This document shows positions 9,499 to 17,446 of a stretch of 50,848 bases of DNA, one piece after another. A program made the position numbers and the translations under genes. Below the pieces are notes generated by a model, which worked only from the letters and a program-made list of their open reading frames with translations, was not told the DNA's origin and made no database searches. Position 1 is the first letter of the stretch, and every line of letters begins with the position of its first letter. The DNA is taken from the IMG/VR virus record IMGVR_UViG_3300045988_066011; one strand, 5' to 3'. The DNA comes from a virus.

Positions 9499-9748
9499 CA
9501 GCAATTCGATTACACGTTGCTCAAGATGTGGAGCTCAGATAATGTTCCTGAGGATGAAATCTGGTAAATCAATGCCGGTCAACACCAACTTTGTAAACTA
9601 CAAGTGCGGAGGGAAAGACAGGATAGTGCTGAGAAATGGTAATGTGGTAGCCGGAACGGTTACGAACGACGCCGAACACGCTGACGGGTATGGTTACATA
9701 TCACATTTTGCTACATGTAAATACGCTAAACAATTCAGGCGGAAATAA
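9488..9748 (+). CDS. Zinc-ribbon hypothetical protein (86 aa)
   Basis: CSRCG...(H)FATC arrangement. Start overlaps the upstream stop by 11 nt. Confidence 0.4.
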   Translation: MKSSSNSITRCSRCGAQIMFLRMKSGKSMPVNTNFVNYKCGGKDRIVLRNGNVVAGTVTNDAEHADGYGYISHFATCKYAKQFRRK

Positions 9749-9853
9749 AAAATCCCCCGGCGCTTACGCAGACCAGGGAATCGTGTAAAAGAATGGTAAT
9801 TACATGATACCAAATAACAAAAAAATGTCAAGCAGAGCACCGGGAGGCATGAA

Positions 9854-10444
9854 ATGGGTAAAAGCAAACAGATAACCCTCAATCAAGAGGAATTGCGCAA
9901 GATATGTCAGAACGCTGTCGAAGATGGAGTCGCAAAATATATCAATCTTGAGGAACAGAAGAAAAAAGCGGAATGGAGAGGGTTACTATTCCGAACAAAG
10001 AAGCTACTAGAGAACTACACAAAGCTGAAAGACTATGCAGATCAGGCGATAGTAACGCTGGAACAAGCGGAGCAGGTCGATGAAACACTGATGAATATGG
10101 ATGTAATGACCAAATTTCACATTTTCGATGATGATAAGACGTTACATAGGCAGTACAGAGGAGTAAATGCAGTTAAGTTCATTATGGCACATGTAGACCG
10201 GATGTTAGGTGTATATAAGGAGAACTGCCTGAAATCACCACAGGAACCGGTGAAAAGAAGATGGTTTGTGATTTATTATATGTATCTCGATAGGGAGAAC
10301 GCAAAGAAATCCACCAAGGAAATTGCTGAACTCTACCAGACCGACATCAGCAATATACAGAAAGATGCAAAGGAAGCCAGGAACGAGCTTACAACACTGT
10401 TTTTTGGATTAGATGCAATGGTGTTGTATGAAATCAAGGACTAG
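9854..10444 (+). CDS. Putative ArpU/RinA/sigma-region-4-like late transcriptional regulator
   Basis: LLENYTKLKDY motif and C-terminal HTH-like STKEIAELYQTDISNIQKDAKEARNEL. Position is downstream of the replication genes. Confidence 0.35.
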   Translation: MGKSKQITLNQEELRKICQNAVEDGVAKYINLEEQKKKAEWRGLLFRTKKLLENYTKLKDYADQAIVTLEQAEQVDETLMNMDVMTKFHIFDDDKTLHRQYRGVNAVKFIMAHVDRMLGVYKENCLKSPQEPVKRRWFVIYYMYLDRENAKKSTKEIAELYQTDISNIQKDAKEARNELTTLFFGLDAMVLYEIKD

Positions 10445-10472
10445 CATAATGGCAATTTCCTTTTTATTTCTT

Positions 10473-10501
10473 TTGACCGTCATAATGACTAATGATATAG
10501 T
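10473..10501 (+). promoter_or_regulatory. Sigma-70-type promoter (TTGACC-17-TATAGT) for the accessory operon leader
   Basis: ttgacc gtcataatgactaatga tatagt. Confidence 0.5.
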
Positions 10502-10580
10502 GTAAATTGCAAAAAATGATACAGAATGACGAAAGAAGTTCTGTTGATTGATTGCAGGTGCTATGGAAGTGCTCTTTTTT

Positions 10581-10650
10581 CCCATGAATTTTCCCGGGGC
10601 AAGCCTTTTGCTATGGACTACCCATTGCCCCGGGTGTTCCTCCAAATGGG
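10581..10650 (+). ncRNA. Structured leader element (candidate riboswitch or attenuator)
   Basis: A 10-bp GC stem: cccggggcaa (10593-10602) pairs with ttgccccggg (10625-10634). It is enclosed by cccat (10581-85) pairing with atggg (10646-50). A second cccat at 10621 offers an alternative pairing. Confidence 0.3.
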
Positions 10651-10705
10651 AGAATAAAGAGAACAACGACAGTAGCTCAGACATTTTACAAAAACACTCC
10701 GATAG

Positions 10706-10736
10706 AAAGACCGCCGATTCCCTCAGCGGTCTTTTT
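10706..10736 (+). terminator. Rho-independent terminator inside the leader, 42 nt before the operon start codon
   Basis: aaagaccgc (10706-14) pairs with gcggtcttt (10726-34), with the T run continuing to 10736. Confidence 0.65.
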
Positions 10737-10778
10737 ATTATGCAATTAACAGTAATTGAGGGAGAGGAGAAATAAATC

Positions 10779-11408
10779 ATGGAGAAAAGAATTGAAGTAA
10801 TTGAAAATTTCCCGGTACAGAAAATCAAAAACGGCTTTGGCAATCCAAGGAAAATCAGAAAGAAAAAAGCCGAGGAGCTTGAACAGTCACTTGAAACGCT
10901 AGGCGATTTTGGACTGATCCTGTTGGATGAGAACGACAATATTATTGCCGGCAATCAGAGGGTTGAGCTCATGAAAAGGAACAACCCGGAAGCGACAGTG
11001 CTTGTCAAAAAACTGTACGGCTATACAGAAGCCGAGCTTAGGGCAATTAATATTAAAGACAACACACATGCCGGAGACTGGGACATGAATCTTTTGTCAG
11101 AATGGACAGCAGACCTGACGTTAGACCTTGGCATAGATGCTAAGGAAAAAGGCCCGAAAAATAAAAACCTTGATGCGATGGAACATCTAAGGTATGAGAA
11201 ATACGATTATGTAATGATTGTATGCAGAAATGAGGTGGACTATCTCAATTTAATCAGGGATTTAGGCCTTGAGGGAAAGAAAACCATAGTAACACCGACC
11301 AGAAAGATTAAAGCGCGCTCCATATGGTATGACGATATCGTGATGAAGCCGGTTAGTAAAGAAAAAGAAGAGCACAAACAGGAAGGATGGGGCATAGATG
11401 GAGTATAA
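10779..11408 (+). CDS. ParB/Srx N-terminal-domain protein (stand-alone, 209 aa)
   Basis: GNPRK...LEQSLETLGDFGLILLDENDNIIAGNQR resembles the ParB-like nuclease domain found at the N-terminus of phage ParB-methylases. No methylase domain is present. Strong RBS gagggagaggag. Confidence 0.65.
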   Translation: MEKRIEVIENFPVQKIKNGFGNPRKIRKKKAEELEQSLETLGDFGLILLDENDNIIAGNQRVELMKRNNPEATVLVKKLYGYTEAELRAINIKDNTHAGDWDMNLLSEWTADLTLDLGIDAKEKGPKNKNLDAMEHLRYEKYDYVMIVCRNEVDYLNLIRDLGLEGKKTIVTPTRKIKARSIWYDDIVMKPVSKEKEEHKQEGWGIDGV

Positions 11409-12633
11409 GAAGCTGCAGAGAAAGAATTTAGCAGAAATAATGAGAAATAACTCGATGAGAGGCGTGTATTTGTTTAACGCTGACAGGTTCATACGCAATT
11501 TTACAGACCTGCAGAACGAGTTTAGACAGATATATCCTAACACCAGCATTGGATATTCGTACAAGACGAACTGGATGCCTGAGATAGGAAGTATAGTTCA
11601 CACACTTGGAGGATATGCAGAGGTTACATCTCCGATAGAAAAGGATATAGCAAGAAAAGCAGTAGGAGTATCAGAAAGAGAGATTATATATAACGGCATC
11701 ATACCTGATATATCAATGCTCGAAGTGGCACGCTTCAACGGCAAGGTTAATATAGAATCAGTAGATGCCCTCAGATTTTTCCTGAATAGTGCGGAAAAAG
11801 TTGACATAAAGGATCTGGAAGTGGGTATAAGAATACGCTACGAGGATAGCAGGTTTGGCATGAACGAAGTAGAAGCGTTGGGAGCAGCAAAAAGGCTCGG
11901 AAGAGAAGGGCACAAGCTTGCTGGAATACACTGCCATGTGGGAGGAAGCAGATCTCTCGATACCTGGAAGAAAAAAACACAGTATGTTTTAAGAATTGCA
12001 GAAAAGCTGGAAAAAGAACTTGGATATCCTTTGAAATATATTGATTTAGGCAGACATATGTATGGCCGAATGGTTCCGGAGCTGGCGGCTCAGTTCGGAG
12101 AAATCCCAACATTTAAGGATTATGCTGAAATAGTAGGAGCTGAGATGAATAACTATGCAGAGTCAAGAGGGACAATGCCGGAGCTGATTCTCGAACCGGG
12201 TACAGCACTGATAGCTGATGCAGTTACAGTTCTTGCAAGAATAGAAAATGTTAAAGAAATTCGAGACGGACTGGTTGCAACATTATCAGTGAGCTCTTAT
12301 GACTGTGGAATGATAGCTGATTACAAAGATCTGCCGATTGAAAATATCACACGCGATGCAAATCACTCCAAAACCACAATATGCGGATATACTTGCATGG
12401 AGGAGGATTTTATCAGCAGAAATGCTCATATATATCCTCGTATTGGTGACATAGTGCATATTCAGAACTGCGGAGCCTATTCGCTGTCGATGAAAGGAAA
12501 CTTTATCTACGAACCGTTACCGGTGTTAAAGGTAAACGACAGATATGAAGTGACCGGAATGGCAAAATATACTACAAAATTAAGAGATATAATAGCAAAT
12601 TACACAACAGGAGGGGTAAAATGCCTAAATTAA
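11398..12633 (+). CDS. Fold-type III PLP-dependent decarboxylase (Orn/DAP/Arg decarboxylase family)
   Basis: YSYKTN (PLP lysine), GIHCHVGG, EPGTALIADA, CGYTCMEEDF, GAYSLSM. Start overlaps the upstream stop. Confidence 0.85.
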   Translation: MEYKKLQRKNLAEIMRNNSMRGVYLFNADRFIRNFTDLQNEFRQIYPNTSIGYSYKTNWMPEIGSIVHTLGGYAEVTSPIEKDIARKAVGVSEREIIYNGIIPDISMLEVARFNGKVNIESVDALRFFLNSAEKVDIKDLEVGIRIRYEDSRFGMNEVEALGAAKRLGREGHKLAGIHCHVGGSRSLDTWKKKTQYVLRIAEKLEKELGYPLKYIDLGRHMYGRMVPELAAQFGEIPTFKDYAEIVGAEMNNYAESRGTMPELILEPGTALIADAVTVLARIENVKEIRDGLVATLSVSSYDCGMIADYKDLPIENITRDANHSKTTICGYTCMEEDFISRNAHIYPRIGDIVHIQNCGAYSLSMKGNFIYEPLPVLKVNDRYEVTGMAKYTTKLRDIIANYTTGGVKCLN

Positions 12634-13688
12634 CAGTACTAATTACAGGATGCTCGAAGCATTCAAAAGAAATTGTTGACGCCTTGACACAAAATGATGA
12701 TGGTGTCGAGGTTGATGTTGTAGCTGTAAACATGGATAAAAACAAACTGCTGAGACACGGAACCAGATACCAATATGTAGCCCCGCCGATTACGGATGAG
12801 GGCTATATTCCGTTTTTAAAGCGAGTTTGTGAAGAAACCAATACAAACATCATCATACCGTATATTACGGCTGAATTAGAGCTTATGGCAAAGCACAAGC
12901 AGGAATTTGAAGAGATGGGAGTGCATGTATCTGTCTCAGGCGAGGAATCAATCAAACTCCTGAATGATAAAATAGCTTTTGGCATGGAGTACGAGAAGTA
13001 TATGCCGAAACAGTACATTTGCGATAATCTGGTAATGGCGGAAAATTCATATTCAGAGCTGATGAGAAAAGGACGGAAGGTTTGCTGTAAGATATCCGGT
13101 AAATGCGGAGGAACAGGATTCTGCATTATAGACAACCAAAAAGCATATGACATTAATTTGTACAACAGATGCGGAATTAACCGCTATATATCATACAGCG
13201 ACTTTGAAAAGATTGTCGCTATGGGACATGAGGTGATAGTGCAGGAATATACACCCGGAATCGACTATAGCGTTTGTGTTCTTGCTGACCACGGAGAAGT
13301 GATAAGCATGGTTGGATATGTAGGATATGATATGGAATATGGAGCCGTGGTAAATGGTGAGATTGCGTCAAACCGAAAAGCGTTCGGGATTGTTCATAAA
13401 ATATGCGAAGAAACAAATCTGGACGGTAATGCATGTTTTGACTTCATCCTGAAGAAAACCGACAGGGAGAGCTCACTCGATGATTTTGATAAGGCTGAAC
13501 CGGTGCTGCTGGAGTGTAATCCAAGGATTAACGCTTCGATAGGCTTTGCCTGGAAAGCGGGGGTAAATCTTGTATACATGAGGTGCAAGCAGCTTATTGG
13601 AACTCTGGACAAAGAGAAATCAAAGAATATGGTCCCTAAATGGGGATTGAAGATGCAGAAATACTATGAAGCCGAGTATTACATTTAA
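12621..13688 (+). CDS. ATP-grasp ligase
   Basis: Rossmann-like N-terminus (VLITGCS), LNDKIAF, CCKISGKCGGTGFCII, VIVQEYTPGIDYSV, LLECNPRINAS. RBS aggagggg; overlaps the upstream stop by 13 nt. Confidence 0.8.
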   Translation: MPKLTVLITGCSKHSKEIVDALTQNDDGVEVDVVAVNMDKNKLLRHGTRYQYVAPPITDEGYIPFLKRVCEETNTNIIIPYITAELELMAKHKQEFEEMGVHVSVSGEESIKLLNDKIAFGMEYEKYMPKQYICDNLVMAENSYSELMRKGRKVCCKISGKCGGTGFCIIDNQKAYDINLYNRCGINRYISYSDFEKIVAMGHEVIVQEYTPGIDYSVCVLADHGEVISMVGYVGYDMEYGAVVNGEIASNRKAFGIVHKICEETNLDGNACFDFILKKTDRESSLDDFDKAEPVLLECNPRINASIGFAWKAGVNLVYMRCKQLIGTLDKEKSKNMVPKWGLKMQKYYEAEYYI

Positions 13689-14391
13689 TATTTACGTCAT
13701 GTCATACATGAGACCTCATGCCATTATGACAAAAAATGTATTTGAATATTGCACTTATGTGGTGAGAGAGGAAGAAGAACAGCAGTACCGAGATGCAGGA
13801 TGCGACAAATTGCTCGTTATACCACATGGAAAAGTGCATGATTTTATGTCTACGTTCTACTGGATCATTGAGAACACACCGGAAGATGTTATCTGCATAG
13901 TGGATGATGATGTAAAAGAAATGCTTTACAGGATGGATTATAAAGCCCCGATAAGGTTCACCAACGGTGAGCTGGACAGGGAGACAGCGACAGCAGAGTG
14001 CGAGAGGATAGCCCAGGTATTATATGACCTGGATTTAGGACTCGCATATGACAATCCACAGCCGGCACCATATGTATATCACCAGGAATGGCAGTTTAAG
14101 GCTATGCCGGGACATATACGCTGGGTGAATAAAAAAGCTTTCAAAGCCAAATACAACGAAAAAGACCCTGCAACCAGTGATATAGATATGGCAATGCAGG
14201 AGTTATTGCTTAACAGAGTTATCCTCCAGCCGGTTTACTATTGCACACAGGCAACGATGGACACCAACGATGGATACGCAGAGCCCCGGTCGGTTCATGA
14301 ATCAATACAATACGCCATGATGAATAAGTGGGGCCAGTACTACGATTACGACTTCAAGAAGAACACGGCTCACATTAATGTACAAAGATAA
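13666..14391 (+). CDS. Hypothetical protein with GT-A-like DxD motif (possible glycosyl or other transferase)
   Basis: VICIVDDDVKEM follows a predicted beta strand. 241 aa; overlaps the ATP-grasp stop by 23 nt. The functional call is tentative. Confidence 0.3.
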   Translation: MKPSITFNIYVMSYMRPHAIMTKNVFEYCTYVVREEEEQQYRDAGCDKLLVIPHGKVHDFMSTFYWIIENTPEDVICIVDDDVKEMLYRMDYKAPIRFTNGELDRETATAECERIAQVLYDLDLGLAYDNPQPAPYVYHQEWQFKAMPGHIRWVNKKAFKAKYNEKDPATSDIDMAMQELLLNRVILQPVYYCTQATMDTNDGYAEPRSVHESIQYAMMNKWGQYYDYDFKKNTAHINVQR

Positions 14392-14535
14392 CAAATGTGC
14401 GGAGCTTAAAAGTACATCACATTCGTGCTATTGCTGAAAATGAATTAAATGTTTGAGAACGCTTGTTCGATGTACCTGATGGCGGTAACATAAAGTCAAG
14501 AAAGAACAACACCAAACATCAGGAGGATTAAAAGG

Positions 14536-15255
14536 ATGGGCTATAACATTAAAACACCAAACGGATATGATTTATTCGAGATGAGTTCAATGATTCAGAA
14601 GGCTATAAGAAGATGCGATATTCCACATGCAGCATACGCGGCAAACGAGCTCGGAGGAAAATTTCGCAAATACCTCTGGAAGAGATTATTAACAGTATCG
14701 GCTGAGGATTGCTACGGAATAATGACTAAGGAAATCATAGCATTACAGCAGGCAGACGAGCTGGTAAACCAGAAAGCTAAGATAGGAGAGACAAACGACC
14801 TATTCATAGCAAAGGCAGTTATCTTACTGTGCATGGCGAGGAAAAACAGGGATGCAGATTACGTAGCCTGCAATTTCATGTGGGGAGACAGAAACCTGAC
14901 GGATGAAGAATTTGACGAGTTTGTTGATTATCAGCAGGTAGAGAGTCTTAGGATGAGAGACGCAAGAGACATTCCGGGATATGTGTACGATGTCCATACA
15001 TGGAAAGGAAAGAGAGCCGGAAAGACAGAACTTGATATGTACCATGATGAGCAGGAAGCACTGGAGCCAAGGCAGATGAATTTATTTGACTACGGCGACT
15101 GGGGCGGATATTTCGACCATGAGAGAAGAAACGGCGGACTGGACAGAAAGACAGAGCAGAGATTGCCGGAGTTCCAGAGAGGCAAAGAGACAGATCCGAC
15201 ACATAACGGATGTGAGTGGACACCTAGAACGTATGAAAAGTACAGAATGAAATAA
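14536..15255 (+). CDS. Stand-alone MgsA/RarA C-terminal-domain-like protein
   Basis: YDLFEMSSMIQKAIRRCDIPHAAYAANEL...KRLLTVSAEDCYG...AKAVILLCMARKNRDADY...DIPGYVYDVHT aligns by eye to the MgsA_C pattern (YDxISAxxKSxRGSDxDAAxY...RRLxxxASEDIG...AxxYLAxAPKSNAxY...VPxHLRN). No AAA+ domain is present. Confidence 0.5.
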   Translation: MGYNIKTPNGYDLFEMSSMIQKAIRRCDIPHAAYAANELGGKFRKYLWKRLLTVSAEDCYGIMTKEIIALQQADELVNQKAKIGETNDLFIAKAVILLCMARKNRDADYVACNFMWGDRNLTDEEFDEFVDYQQVESLRMRDARDIPGYVYDVHTWKGKRAGKTELDMYHDEQEALEPRQMNLFDYGDWGGYFDHERRNGGLDRKTEQRLPEFQRGKETDPTHNGCEWTPRTYEKYRMK

Positions 15256-15268
15256 GGAGGCGGAGACC

Positions 15269-15499
15269 ATGACAAAGAAAACCGATATTGTTAGAGAGAC
15301 TATAAAGGCCGGGGATATGAAAAAAGCACTGAGGATAGCAAAAGATTTCAGAATCAATGTGACAAAAGAGCAAAGAGAAAAGATGTCGAGAGCGTATGAG
15401 TGTATGGTTCATCCGGACTTCTACAAACAAATCGGTACCGATGTCATGGGAGCAATCAACACAGGAAAACAGACATTGGCACTGTTATATGGCGAATAA
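15269..15499 (+). CDS. Hypothetical protein (76 aa)
   Basis: RBS aggagg upstream; helical, basic. Confidence 0.5.
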   Translation: MTKKTDIVRETIKAGDMKKALRIAKDFRINVTKEQREKMSRAYECMVHPDFYKQIGTDVMGAINTGKQTLALLYGE

Positions 15500-15603
15500 G
15501 CCACATTAAACTACATAGACAATAAAAATATAAAGAGAGTCCATAGAAAGCCGATATGAGGTGGATATGGGCTCTCTTGACGTTATAGAAGAGAGGTGGA
15601 GGT

Positions 15604-17433
15604 GTGGCGAATGAGCAAAACCTAGTACAGAACAGACCCCGAGCCGAAGCCGAAGCCCTAAGCAGAAAAGGCGGAGTTGCATCGGGGGCGGCGAGACGAA
15701 AAAAAAGAGACCTGAGACAATCGATGCGCACCATTCTGGAGCTGGATATATCGCCCAAACAGGAAGAACAATTACAGAAGCTAGGAATAGACCCAAGCGG
15801 TTGGACTTTGGGAGACGTAGTTAATATTATGGCAGTACAGACAGCCATGAAAGGTAATGTAGCAGCTATGGCATACTGCAGAGATACAGCCGGCTACAAT
15901 CCGGAACTACAGCTCAAAGAGGCTCAGTTTGAGTATGAAAAGAAACAGAAGTCAGGAGAGGGCGTTGAGATTGAGGATGTATCGGAGATTATAGAGAAGA
16001 TATGGGGCTACGAGCGGTGGCTCTCGATGCTCAACGATGGTATACCGGTCCTGCTGACCAAACAGATACCGTATCACTTTGCGGATAAGCATTTGGAATA
16101 CATCAGAAAATGCCAAGACAATATGTACAACATTCTGGAAGGGGCTGTACGTTCCGGAAAGACCGTTGACCATATTATGGCATTTGCAAAAGAACTATGT
16201 GACACTCCAGATAAGTTTCACTTGGCTACCGGATCCACAATGGCCAATGCTAAACTGAATATAGGTGACGCGAACGGGTTTGGACTTGAGCATATTTTTC
16301 GCGGACAATGCAGATGGACTTCTTACAAGGATAATGATGCCTTGGCTATAAGAGGTCCTTATACTAACTTCAAGGAGAAGATAGTTATTTTCGCCGGTGG
16401 CGGTTCATCAGCAAGCTTTCAGAAAATCCGTGGTAACTCTTATGGTATGTGGATAGCAACAGAGATTAACCTGCACCATGACAAAACTATCAAAGAGGCT
16501 TTCAACCGTACTATAGCGTCTCAGAGGCGTAAAATATTTTGGGATTTAAACCCTGAACACCCGAAAGCCCCGATATACGTTAATTACATTGATAAGTACG
16601 CGGAGAAAGCAGAAAAAGGAATCCTAAAAGGCGGTTACAATTACGCCCACATGACAATCTTTGATAATATCAACATCACACCCGACAGACTGGAAGAAAT
16701 CATAAGCCAGTATGATCCGGACAGCATATGGTACATCAGGGACATCCTGGGGCAGAGAACTATTGCAGACGGACTTATTTACACCAGACTTGCAACAGCA
16801 ATAGCATCTAAGGTTAATGAGTTCAGAATACCTAAAGAAAAAGCTATAACGATGGCTAAAAAGGGCGAAATATTCCACATCCATGTAGGAGTTGATTTTG
16901 GTGGTAATGGCTCCGGGCATGCTCTTATAGCAGTCGGAGAAACGCAGGGATATGAAAAGCTCATAGCATTAAAGTCACGCAGGTATGTAGAGGGCGAGCT
17001 AGATCCTGATACCGGCGAGAAAATACTTGACGTTGACCCCAAAAAGCTGAATGAGCTGTTTATACGCTTCATAGAAGCTGTTATTGATGAATACGGATAT
17101 ATTACCAAGATATACGCAGACTCAGCCGAACAGGTGCTGATAAGAGGATTTAAGACAGCGTTACAGAAAAGCGGTCATGGAGACATCAAGATTGTAAACG
17201 CTCTCAAGTCAAAGATTACTGGCAGAATTTTTGCTACAACGTCACTTGCAGCACAGGAGAGACTGTTGATAACTGAGGACTGTAATTCACTCGAGCAGGC
17301 ATTGAGCATGGCGGTATGGAATCCTAAGAGCCTGGAACTGGAGAGAGTAGATGATGGCACAAGTGATATAGACTCACTGGATGCGTTCGAGTATACATTC
17401 GAGCGAGACATCAAGAAATATATCAAGATATAG
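15604..17433 (+). CDS. terL: Terminase large subunit (PBSX/Terminase_3-like) with ~110-aa basic N-terminal extension
   Basis: Walker A GAVRSGKT, later nuclease-domain acidic motifs (VGVDFGG, YADSAE). GTG start. The N-terminus (KGNVAAMAYCRDTAGYNPE) is reminiscent of small-terminase tails. Confidence 0.85.
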   Translation: MANEQNLVQNRPRAEAEALSRKGGVASGAARRKKRDLRQSMRTILELDISPKQEEQLQKLGIDPSGWTLGDVVNIMAVQTAMKGNVAAMAYCRDTAGYNPELQLKEAQFEYEKKQKSGEGVEIEDVSEIIEKIWGYERWLSMLNDGIPVLLTKQIPYHFADKHLEYIRKCQDNMYNILEGAVRSGKTVDHIMAFAKELCDTPDKFHLATGSTMANAKLNIGDANGFGLEHIFRGQCRWTSYKDNDALAIRGPYTNFKEKIVIFAGGGSSASFQKIRGNSYGMWIATEINLHHDKTIKEAFNRTIASQRRKIFWDLNPEHPKAPIYVNYIDKYAEKAEKGILKGGYNYAHMTIFDNINITPDRLEEIISQYDPDSIWYIRDILGQRTIADGLIYTRLATAIASKVNEFRIPKEKAITMAKKGEIFHIHVGVDFGGNGSGHALIAVGETQGYEKLIALKSRRYVEGELDPDTGEKILDVDPKKLNELFIRFIEAVIDEYGYITKIYADSAEQVLIRGFKTALQKSGHGDIKIVNALKSKITGRIFATTSLAAQERLLITEDCNSLEQALSMAVWNPKSLELERVDDGTSDIDSLDAFEYTFERDIKKYIKI

Positions 17434-17446
17434 GAGGTGCAAACAT

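Noticed and set aside
10660-10700. tRNA, suggested by tagctcaga (D-loop-like)
   Set aside because: No acceptor stem, anticodon arm or T-arm (GGTTCGAATCC-like) can be drawn around it.
10409-10954. 181-aa minus-strand ORF spanning the leader and the start of the ParB-like gene
   Set aside because: It overlaps a well-supported + strand gene and the terminator. Its sequence is low-complexity S/F-rich with no RBS.
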